Of a stretch of DNA of 64,000 nt, positions 9,662 to 19,002 are shown piece after piece. The position numbers and the translations under genes were made by a program. The DNA is from an uncultured virus (IMG/VR IMGVR_UViG_3300020576_006994). Lineage: Duplodnaviria > Heunggongvirae > Uroviricota > Caudoviricetes. The notes beneath the pieces are model-generated. The model was given only the letters and a program-made list of their open reading frames with translations, did no database searches and had not been told where the DNA came from. Where the stretch lies: IMG/VR virus record IMGVR_UViG_3300020576_006994; one strand, 5' to 3'. Within the stretch, counting starts at the first letter, position 1; every line of letters starts with the position of its first letter.

Positions 9662-11267
9662 CTACGCACTCTGCCTCATATTCCTCAAAAACAGTTCCTT
9701 CTTTATTTAGAGCTTCTTTTAGGTCTACTCTAACTAATGGCTGACCTTGACGGCAGCCGTCTGGATATACAGTAAATCCACGCAGTCGTTTTGCATATTT
9801 AAGCAATGCGTCTGCATTAGTCTTTACGGTGCTGTCGTTGTTAGTCTCAGATCCCCAAGCAGGCATGTTACATGTCGAGGAGATGGCCATGTCGACATAT
9901 TGCTGAACGTCAGCTTGAAACTTAACTCTATCCTTAAACGAAATATCATAGGAGTCGATGATCGCTTCAGCCTTGACGCCCTTCTCTAGAAGACGTTTAA
10001 CCTATCCATCCACAACATACTGATACATCCATTTACCGTCCTTGTAGTAACGTCGCTTGTAAGCCTTACAAAACAGAGGCTCAATTCCTGTCGTGGTTTC
10101 GGCGATAATTCCAATTGTTCCCGTAGGAGCGATCTATCTTACACCCTTAGGAACCGCAACGCCTAGGCGCTTAGCTCCGATATATGCTGCCGAGTCAGAC
10201 TCGCGCTCATATGTAGCCAGCCACTTGTGAAGCTCTGGAACGCACTGATATTTATGGCCGCGAATCATTAGCCACTCGTGCATTCCGCCCAATCCAAGAC
10301 CAATTCTGTTGTTCTTTGCACCGACTTCTTTTACTTTATCATTTGGTACGTCGCTGTATATGCCGCCACAAAGAAGAAAAAGTGTTGAGAATTTTACAAC
10401 CTCTGCAAACTCCTCTTTAGTATCACAGCGATTCATCCAGACAGTTCCGAGGTTGCATTTATCTGAATCATCCTCGCTCACTACCTCACAGCACTAGTTA
10501 CGAAGAGATTCGGCGTCTTTTCTAAAATTGAACGACATACCCGGCTCTGCTGTGGAGAACGCCTGTGCGCAATTATCTAGCCAAACCTTCATTGCCTTTT
10601 GATGGTCTGGGTGATCTTCGTTTTCAATAGCAATAAAAAAATTAGTGTCGTAGATTACAGAGATGTTGGTTAACTCCATCGGCAGGCGAAAATTAAAGTC
10701 CTTCTCTTTCATTGCCTTGAGCTCTGGCGAGTGGTCTTTCTAGTGTATAAATTCGTGAACATCTTGGTGAGACCAATTAAGTCCTGCCCAAATCTAAGAT
10801 CGGCGCTGACCTCCCTGCATTACATGACGACCTGATTCATTCACCATCTCCATAAGAGAGATTGGCCCTGTACAAAAGCCGCCCGTTCGCTTGATCTGTG
10901 CGCCCTTGGGTCGGATATTTGAATAATCAACTCCAATTCCACCGCCAGTGAGCAGCTACGATGTAGATCGTTGCATTAATGATGCCCAGTCTTCACGAGT
11001 ATCCTCTGCGCGATATAAGAAGCAGTTATTTACTTGGTGAAAGGATCTTCCGGCAGAGTACAAGTATCGGCCCCCAGGGATAAACTTCCTTTCTTTCATG
11101 AACTTTAAAATCTTTGCTTTTTCTTTTGAGTCAAGCAGTTGACCACACACGGCCTGAACCACACGCTCGCACGTATCGGCCCAGGTCTCTGTCTGATTCA
11201 TTGAATATTTCTGCAAAAAGATGTCGTGGGCGAACTTATTACCGAATACGTCAAACTTAGAAGTCAC
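9642..11267 (-). CDS. nrdJ: Class II (B12-dependent) ribonucleotide reductase, 541 aa, 6 TAG
   Basis: One frame joins four ORF-track pieces: FIPGGRYL, NNCF, TGGGIGVDYS, QGGQRRS*IW, LRN*CCE, CNLG, R*IAPTGTI, TTGIEP, GFTVYPDG and C-terminal CVGGVCGV. TAG at 10956, 10794, 10740, 10494, 10134 and 10002. Confidence 0.93.
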
Positions 11268-11324
11268 AGTTGATGTCCTCTTTGTATCAAAAAATGTTGC
11301 TTTTGTTGTGTGCTGAGATTAAAG

Positions 11325-11343
11325 AATTACCGAAAACTTCTAA
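11325..11343 (-). promoter_or_regulatory. Candidate phage promoter TTA-N10-GTAATT upstream of nrdJ
   Basis: Exact match to a motif that recurs in minus-strand intergenic regions. Confidence 0.55.
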
Positions 11344-11946
11344 TTACTCGTCTCGACGATTGATCTGCCACTGTGATCTTTTAATGCGATTTTGTGGCGT
11401 AATTCCGAACACAGACAGCTTCTGTTCAAGCTCCTTTACAACCGAAACCGCCTCTTCTTCGCTTGTAAATTGTGCATCTTTTCTCTACTCTACTTCAATA
11501 TATCTGCCAATCTCTTTCATGTCTTCGTTGTATGAGATGTAGTATACGATGTCGACCTTTTCGTAAAAGAAAATGAAGCAATGCTTGAAGATCCTGAAGT
11601 TCTCATGAAAACCAAATTGCTCGCAATAAGATGCTGCAATCTTAAGCAATTCATCTTCGCTTTTCGATTCGCTGAGCGGTAAGTCTATTTCAATTCGATT
11701 ATTGTTGTTCGTGCTTGTTGTTTGAACCTTGATTGTAAGCTCGGGCCTCTCTCCGAGCCTTAGCCTCATAAACTCAAACGGAAGAGCAGATGTCTTTTTA
11801 GGCGAAAAGTACACATCCCATGACTACACTTCTACTTTTTTCTCTGGATTAAGCTGGGTCTAGAACTCAATGAATTTTGAAAGCTTTACATATTCCTACG
11901 AAAACTTAAACTCAATCTCTCTAGTTTCGATGTCAAAATTACCCAT
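11344..11946 (-). CDS. CYTH-domain (triphosphate tunnel) protein, 200 aa, 4 TAG
   Basis: Read-through restores the N-terminal REIEFKF (ExExK), followed by WDVYF, FMRLR, ELTIK, RIEIDL and YIEVE. Confidence 0.8.
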
Positions 11947-12101
11947 TCCAAAGCTCCTGGGAGAGACATGAAATTAGCATGGTGGCGTGGCCCCGTTGCA
12001 ATAGGAATCTTGTTTGTAGGAACAGGGGCATATGCAACACGTCTTCGCCCTTGTTTTGCAAAGCCGTCCTCATACACACACCCAAGTAGTAAGGCTGTCG
12101 C

Positions 12102-12620
12102 TCAGTCATTAGAAAACCGAATTTTTTCTAAAACCATAATGAAGTCAATGTTTTTTCCTGATGACGGCCTATAAACTGTAATCTTTACCGGCGTGGGGCC
12201 GCTGCCGACGATCTGCTCGCCAAGTGGATTGAATTTCATGTCATTTACGTGAGTAATCATATCGTTGATGCGAATGCCAGCTTTTTCCGCAGGATATCCT
12301 CCAGTGGCTCGCTTAACCAAAGCAACGGTGTCGTCGCCAAGCTTTGAATATGTAATTTCTACACCAATGCCCCAATAGTAATCCTGGGTCTCAACGATTG
12401 GATCCTGAGGCGTTTCCTGCTTATCTGGAGTCATGGGAGTGCTAAACTCCTCACGCTTCTGATCTGGCGGAAAAGTGGCGGACAACTCTACCGTCGGTAA
12501 AACTGGCTAAACAGGGGTAAGTGGCTAATTGTCATCTGCAGCAAAAGCAGCAATGACCAGAGCCCCATGGAGCACCTATGAAACAAACACCATCTTAGCC
12601 TCGCTTACTTTTCTGTTCAT
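12102..12620 (-). CDS. Membrane-anchored PDZ-domain protein (3 TAG)
   Basis: N-terminal VFVS*VLHGALVIAAF hydrophobic helix, Pro-rich linker, and PDZ motifs YWGIGVEI...GYPAEKAGIRINDMITHVN. Confidence 0.75.
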
Positions 12621-12755
12621 TTTGCCACACCCTCAACTCTTCTTTTAGCCTGTCCAACTGCTGAATGGAAACAATACATCCTGGAATCTTTTTAAGGTTT
12701 CTTTTTGTTGCGTCAATCAGCTTTTTCTGCCATTTTACATCCATCCTCACCTCAC

Positions 12756-13864
12756 TTATTCATTGTACGGAAAATTCCACAAAGAGTCAAGCACGAGGCT
12801 GAGGATCAGAAGCGCTGGATTGTTGTCCCCTACAACCGAACCCTGCACGCCGTCTTTAACGATCCTAAATACATCGATGTTTATGTCGACAAGCCCCATG
12901 CAGAGCCTGCCATGAATATCCCTGGTCATCATTTGATGAATTTGTTGATAAACCTGCACTCACTCGCCCCTTATTGTTTGAGAGACGTGCTGCTCGAGAC
13001 CTTGGATTTCTCTTTGCACTGGCTCATAGAGATACCTAAATAACACATTAATGTCGTATACGACGTTTTTGTCGACCAATGAAAAATAATGCGGCTACGC
13101 CCAACGGTACTGCATCTCTCTTATTTGGATCCGCTTTTTCATTTGCCGCCACCAATCTCTTCTACAATCATGAATTTAATATATTCTGTGCCAGCCGACA
13201 CCTGCTTGCTAAGGTCTCTGCGCAGGCGCCATTTGATTTTAGGTGAATAAAATGACCACAACGAATTAGGGATGAGGTCGTCATGATGTCGGTCGAGTGG
13301 CTTATATTTTTTCATGATTCCCATAACTCAATGCAAAGCGTGCGCATGACGCGATACACATCATACATTTCATGTTTGCGCTCTATGCCATTTGTAAGAA
13401 CAGCACTGAGCGGATTCGTAAGGTCGAAGAGCTGTCTGCTGATTTTTATGTATACACCCTTATGCTTTTTCATTTTTCACCTCTAAGTTCCATCCAAACA
13501 TTGAGGCCAACGTTACTGTCTTTCTTAGAGAGTCCATCTAAGAGCTCATTCTCGACGTAGGTTCGAGCCTTGCCAAGCATCTTATTTCCGACTTCGCTTT
13601 TTAGTCTAGGCCGAACTACGATACTAAGATATCCTTTAATCTGCTTACGCTTTTTCATCCCTCAAGCTCCGCTAAAATCTGCTCTTCAAGAGTATAGAGC
13701 AAAAAGTTTAAATGGGACCTTAACCCATGCCTAAGTTCTTTAATAAGAGCTCTATCTAATGGCACCATCAGGTCCTCAAGAAGCTGGCTTTCGATATTGT
13801 TCCACAGCATCTGGCTGATCTGCTCATGCTTCATCGCCCACCTTAAGATTCTCTTTAGGGCCAT
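12756..13864 (-). CDS. Array of about 6 coupled small ORFs (50-70 aa, MKK[HRY]-type starts)
   Basis: MKHEQI, MKKRKQI (13470-13658), MKKHKGV, MKKYKPL and MKKRIQI are chained by ATGA or short overlaps; several end in ELxG-like tails. Confidence 0.55.
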
Positions 13865-14087
13865 AAAATAGGTATGGTCTGCCGTCCTTCACTTCAAAAT
13901 ACAAAACTGGATTTTTGTTGTCGGCAGTGTATGTCTCAATGTGATTCGGATAGTGTGCGTTCAGGTAGCCAAGGTTAAGGTGAAGCCAGTCCGACCACTG
14001 AAGATCGTGGCCATCCATCGCCTCCTGGATAAGGGGCTCCATTTCTAATAGAATTTCGCCTAATGGGCGGACTTTCTTTTTGCTCAT
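13824..14087 (-). CDS. Hypothetical protein (87 aa)
   Basis: ATG-initiated, protein-like composition, overlaps the next ORF. Confidence 0.55.
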   Translation of the reverse strand: MSKKKVRPLGEILLEMEPLIQEAMDGHDLQWSDWLHLNLGYLNAHYPNHIETYTADNKNPVLYFEVKDGRPYLFYGPKENLKVGDEA

Positions 14088-14142
14088 TGTGATAGCTTAT
14101 GTCAGTTTTAGCGGTGGCGCAAGAATTTTTTGAAGATTTTAC

Positions 14143-14171
14143 TTGACAGAGGGTTTGGATTTGGATATAGT
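14143..14171 (+). promoter_or_regulatory. Sigma70-type promoter of the HNH gene
   Basis: TTGACA-17 bp-TATAGT. Confidence 0.75.
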
Positions 14172-14187
14172 GAGGATAGAGGAGAGT

Positions 14188-15204
14188 ATGTAGCATTTTT
14201 GTACAAATTGCAAAGAAACGAAGGAGTCTGAGCTCTTTTATAAGTTGAAGAGCGGGAAGCCGTATTCCCATTGCAAGCCATGCCACAGGGACATTATGCG
14301 TAAGGTTAAGGCGGCTGAGATGAGCCGTGATGGTGCAGAGAAGGTTCGGGAGCGGCGACGGGAGCAATGGGCAAAACACCATCCAAAAATGCCGAGGCGA
14401 CATCATGCCGAGCCAATACTAAAAATTCCGCCGAAACCACGGAAAAGGCGCCCTTCAAAAAGGAAAATCGCGCAGGCGTTGACGGTACATGTTCATGCGC
14501 CAGTCGATGACTTTATTATTTGCCGTAAATGCTTTACGTACAAGGGTGGCAATCAATTTCCTCAAGAGCGGAACAGAGATGGATCGACGAGATTTAAATA
14601 TCAGTGTATTGATTGCTACAACAAATATAGACGGCAAAAATGGGAGAGCGTAAAAGCAGCAGCCGGTGACGAATACCTGTCCATTCTTGCCACTAAAGCC
14701 GAGAAAAACAGGGGGTGGAAGCAGAGAAACCGACAAAGGCACCTTGAGTCTAGACGAAAGTGGGCCGAAAGAATCCATGGTGATCCAGAGCTGAGAGAGG
14801 CGTTTTTACAGAAAAAGCGTGATGCAATTAAAACCGAAAAATACAGGACTCACACAAAAAATAAAAGAAAAAATGACATTCATTTTCGTCTATCAAGCCA
14901 ACTAAGGAAGCGCTTACTGAAGGCTCTAAAGGGTAATGCAAAAAGGGGCTCCGCCATCAATGATCTTGGCTGCTCAATAAGCTTCCTAAAGGGACACCTT
15001 GAGTCTCAGTTTTATGACTGTCCGCGCACTGGCGCCAAGATGACTTGGGAAAATCATGGGAAAACTGGCTGGCATATAGATCACATCCTGGAATTCAAAA
15101 ATGTAGACCTCAGCGATCCTGAGCAATTCAAAAAGGTTGTGCATTATACCAACTTGAGGCCGCTCTGGTATTTTGAAAATCTTGCACGTAATAGAAAATC
15201 TTGA
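14188..15204 (+). CDS. Zinc-ribbon + HNH homing endonuclease (338 aa; TAG at codon 2)
   Basis: GAGGAGAG RBS, then ATG TAG CAT TTT TGT ACA AAT TGC (M*HFCTNC...HCKPC). Second ribbon CRKC...CIDC; C-terminal MTWENHG...WHIDHI...HYTNLRPLW...EN. Confidence 0.85.
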
Positions 15205-15212
15205 AATAGAAG

Positions 15213-15241
15213 TTGACGTGATAGAAAAAGACTGTTAATCT
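15213..15241 (+). promoter_or_regulatory. Sigma70-type promoter of the suppressor tRNA
   Basis: TTGACG-17 bp-TAATCT with a TG extended -10; predicted start about 15248. Confidence 0.6.
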
Positions 15242-15247
15242 GATTTT

Positions 15248-15323
15248 GGGTCGCGGGTGTGAGTAGGAGCACGACTGTCTCTAAAACAGTAGGACTGAAT
15301 GCAAGTTTTCAGGCGATCCACCA
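15248..15323 (+). tRNA. Amber-decoding tRNA (anticodon CUA) with alanine identity elements
   Basis: 76-nt cloverleaf: acceptor GGGTCGC/GCGATCC (G1-C72, G2-C71, G3:U70), discriminator A, encoded CCA; D stem GTGT/GCAC; anticodon stem ACTGT/ACAGT with loop CT-CTA-AA (CTA at 15281-15283); T stem CTGAA/TTCAG. Confidence 0.92.
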
Positions 15324-15360
15324 TTCTTCAATGTTTTCAACAACTTAGGAGAAAGACGAC

Positions 15361-16044
15361 ATGCAACAGACTAGCCAACAAAAGCCCTTCGTTGTCGTCA
15401 CAAAATCTTTTGGCCAACTTGTGCTTGCCTCTCCTAAGTCGTTTGACGACATCACCCTGGCTAGAGAGTTGGCCAAGCACCTAACCAAGACGCACGGCAA
15501 AGAACACTTTTCAATGCATTATCTCTATATCGATGCACTTAACGACGAAAGCTTTGATCCCACATCGCCAAGGCAGGAAGACTGGCGAGACGATGGTTGA
15601 GGCGTTCGTCGTCTTCGTCTGCTTCGCTGGATCTGAGTGCCAAAAACCGCTCGAGGCCTACTATGCCCACTCCGCACCGGCACGCCAAGCAATCGCCGAC
15701 ATCGACTCCTTTCGAAAAAAGAACGTAATAGGCGACAAATCCTTAGCCTACCTCACCCCATTCTTTCTACTTGCATCCAAAGGCAAAATCGGCTTACACT
15801 TATCTAGTTCGTCTGAGTTAATAATTGAACCAAAAGAGGAAAGGTTCGTCGTTCAATGGACATGGTAAAGCGTACAAATTTAGTGATCACGTATCAAATA
15901 AACGGCGCACTTTTTGCTAAGCACAAGATCCAATTTCAATCTAGCATATGGAATAATATGTGGAATCTAACAGACAATCATCTTTTTCATTTATTAAAGC
16001 TTCAGCTTATGCTTAGCATTCGACATGAATTGTACAGCCAATGA
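15361..16044 (+). CDS. Three small hypothetical ORFs (15361-15600, about 15593-15868, about 15856-16044)
   Basis: AGGAGA RBS before 15361; overlapping starts and stops; TAG-free. Confidence 0.5.
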
Positions 16045-16289
16045 AAAAGCATAAGCAAATTAGGGGTCAGCTTGGGGGTCAGCTTTGGAGTCAGCTTGGG
16101 AATCAGCTTGAGAATCAGCTTGGGGATCAGCGTAGTAATCAGCTTGTTGGTCAGCTTAGTAATCAGCTTGGGGATCAGCTTTGGGGTCAACTTAGGGATC
16201 AGCTTGTTGGTCAACTTAGGGATCAGCTTTGGGATCAGCTTGGGAATCAGCTTGGGGATCAGCTTGGGAAAGAGTTGAGGGGTGGATGA
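16041..16289 (+). CDS. QLxx tetrapeptide-repeat mini-protein, copy 3 (82 aa)
   Basis: Same conserved head, 12-bp repeats and GAGTTGAGGGGTGGATGA tail. Confidence 0.7.
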   Translation: MKKHKQIRGQLGGQLWSQLGNQLENQLGDQRSNQLVGQLSNQLGDQLWGQLRDQLVGQLRDQLWDQLGNQLGDQLGKELRGG

Positions 16290-17976
16290 AAAAGCATAGG
16301 CAATATCGGCACTGCTGGAATGGAACGAGTCGCATATACAGCTCACTTAGAGCAAGCATGCCGGAATATGATGTCGCAAGAGGGCCTGTTAGCTACATGC
16401 TTTTCATTAGAATAGTGAACGCTACTAGAGCAGGCTCAGTGCGGGATGTGGGTTTTTTACTTAATAAGGAGCTTAAGCAGTCATGAAAAAGTATAAAGAG
16501 CTCGTAGTTTTATTTCAAAGTAATCTTGCGGTTCAGCTTGGGAAGGGACTGAGCGATCAGCTTTGGGGTCAGCTTTGGGGTCAGCTGAGAGTTAATCTTT
16601 GGAGACAGCTTAAGGTTGAGATTTCTAACCAACTTCAGAGTGAATTGAGTGGAGAATGATTAAACACAAGCAAATAGCCCACTTTCTTTCATTTAAGATG
16701 CAGGATATCATGTGGAATCAATTTATTTGGCCGACTCCAAGCTCCATTATTAGCCATGCATTGCAAGGAACATGGACAGAGTTAAAGGCTAGCGGGCTAG
16801 AGGCGGCCTTGAAGTCGGAACTTGGGCAGGAGACGTAATGTGATTTTTTCAAAAAAAAGAGCGCAGATTATATGGCAGACGAGATTGATTGGAGACTGTC
16901 TGTAGGCGAACTTGTCGGGAATCAGCGACATCACTCTGATCTACTTGATCGGTGCCATTAATGGCCAGCTAAGAGAGTCACTTCGGCCTACAGAAGAAAT
17001 ATTGATGGATGAAATTAATCAGTCGTGTGGGGCCAGGCAGCAATGAAAAAGAAAGGCGAGCTCCGGCTATTCTCCTTGTCTGATAAGCTTCATTATAGCA
17101 TCGGACGTCAAGTTGATGACAGGCTTAGGCTGAAAATTATAGACGCGCTATGGAACAAGGGCGGAATATGGGATACACTTAGATCGAATCTTGAGTTTCG
17201 CGTCAGGGAGCATTTAAGAGATGAAAGAGCGTAAACTAATTACGGCTCACGCAACGGCGGTTTTGGGCTGCTTAAGAGATGGACTTTATGACAATCTCGG
17301 ACACGATCTATTTACGCACCTAAAAATTTATCTTGTAAACGACATCAATTACGGTCTTAGGTGGCATATTATGGCCGAATTGGATGGTCGATGAAAAAGC
17401 ACAAGCAGACTCACAATGACCTTGGATTGGTGGTTCACAGAACGCTGATGTGGAGTATGGTTCCGTTTATTCCAAAGAAGAGCTGGGGCTATCTAAGAGG
17501 TCAAGTTGTTGGAGATTTATCGCGAAAAGCTGCTAAGTGTCTTCTGTTTCAGCTGGAGGAAAGGTGAGGCAACAATTGAATTTGCAGGGCATGTACGTTG
17601 ATCTACTAAGATCCCAACTCAAGGACTCAGTCTCAGAGCAGATCGCGTATACAATAGGGTGGTCGCTTGGGAAGGGGATGAGGGATGAGATATGGGGCTA
17701 TGTTGGTGCAATTCTAAGTGATGAATTGATGGGAATATGAAAAGGCATCTACCGCTAAAAATACCTGACATTGCATCAAGTGACCACATGCAGTACATGG
17801 CTCAGTTTTTGTACAAAATGATCGATTTTGAAAATCCAAATTCAGTCATAATGGGGCACGGAATCCCAAGTAAAATACGTGGAGGAGCGGTCGAAAACCA
17901 TCCGGCTTTTGGTTTATATAGAGCACTGGTTAGGGAGATTAGATCAGCTATCTCCGACGATCTCTTCGTAAATTAA
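16286..17976 (+). CDS. Array of about 9 coupled small ORFs (MKKHRQ, MKKYKE, MIKHKQI, MKKKGE, MKERK, MKKHKQT, MRQQL, MKRHL)
   Basis: 55-80 aa ORFs mostly linked by ATGA/GTGA overlaps; 16483-16659 retains QLWGQLWGQLR. Confidence 0.55.
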
Positions 17977-18353
17977 GTTCTGTACATTATCTGATTCAAA
18001 ATCATAGCCTTCAGCCACAATCTCAAGGTACATGAGGTCCCATAAATCTTGATCCATTTGCAACCACATCTGCTCTCTGAGTTGATGGCGGACAATCATA
18101 AATAAGAAAATGTGCATTGGTTCACGCTTTTTCAATTGTTCTCCAGGTACCCAATAAGGAACCTATCGAGATTTTCGTGTTTACCAGAAAGAACCAGTAG
18201 AATGTACGCTTTTACGTAGATATTGAAATCTACGCTATTGAGCGATTTATTGATCGCAAGTCGTCGAATACTTGCGTCGGTGAGCTTACGTCTCTTCTGA
18301 TGTAATGTCGTCATATAGTAGCGAATCAAGCCTCGCTGATTCAAAGTACTCAA
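17944..18353 (-). CDS. Two small hypothetical ORFs (17944-18135 MKKREP..., 18132-18353)
   Basis: Overlapping start and stop; the first resembles the MKK small-ORF family (HQLREQMW...DLWD). Confidence 0.45.
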
Positions 18354-18465
18354 ACAAAAACATCAGGCTAAGCCTCAACTAGGCATCGTCACTTAGATGT
18401 TTGTAGATCTGCTCCTGTAGGCTTAAGAACATGTGCTCTGAGTGTTTTGGTAATAGATTCTTCAT

Positions 18466-18494
18466 AAAAAAAGGCCAGTCATTTCTGACCAGCC
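18466..18494 (-). terminator. Intrinsic terminator after the tail tube gene
   Basis: GGCTGGTCA-GAAA-TGACTGGCC hairpin followed by T7. Confidence 0.75.
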
Positions 18495-18524
18495 CAATCC
18501 ATAAGCTTGTTTAAAAGATTAGAA

Positions 18525-18989
18525 TTATGAACTTGTCAGGAGATCTGAAGCTCCAGAGCTCTCGTTGCTTTCTCCAGATTCGTCACTGAGACGAAGTCCG
18601 AGGAAATTAACTGTAACGTCGGCAACTGAACGAGTTGCAACTCCAGTAGAGAATCCTGTTGGCCGGCAGCCGACGACAGACATGATCAACTTGTTTGTTT
18701 GACGATCATAAATCGCAAGAGTGATGTCCTCGTGGTTCAAAAGCTCCTGGAGCTTAGGAACTGAGGCTACTGCGTGCGGTCCATTATCAACAACCCGGAA
18801 GCCAGTCGCAGTTACGCTAATAGCCTCTTGTCCAGTGTAAGTGATCTCGGCAGGCGAGAACCGACCAAGGACGTAGCTGGGGGTTGCATCGTACTGAACT
18901 CCGTAGCTAACCTGACTGAACAATCCAATTGTTCGTCCGTTAACTTGAAGCTGAGCTCGTGATCCGTGAAGAATTTTTTGTTGTGACAT
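18525..18989 (-). CDS. Tail tube protein
   Basis: 154 aa beta-rich protein (ILHGSRAQLQVNG...YVLGRFSPAEI) directly downstream of the sheath gene; TAG-free. Confidence 0.8.
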   Translation of the reverse strand: MSQQKILHGSRAQLQVNGRTIGLFSQVSYGVQYDATPSYVLGRFSPAEITYTGQEAISVTATGFRVVDNGPHAVASVPKLQELLNHEDITLAIYDRQTNKLIMSVVGCRPTGFSTGVATRSVADVTVNFLGLRLSDESGESNESSGASDLLTSS

Positions 18990-19002
18990 TTATGTCTCCT
19001 TA

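Noticed and set aside
15248..15323. Pyrrolysine tRNA (also CUA)
   Set aside because: It has a 5-bp anticodon stem, a D-loop GG and an Ala-type acceptor stem. No pyl genes are visible in the window, and TAG occurs at small-residue positions in dozens of genes.
16002..16346. Alternative-frame repeat ORFs (PKLI, GISL and QADP repeats; also 44334-44618)
   Set aside because: They are by-products of the 12-bp repeat. Only the MKKHKQIR frame has conserved start, stop and coupling signals.
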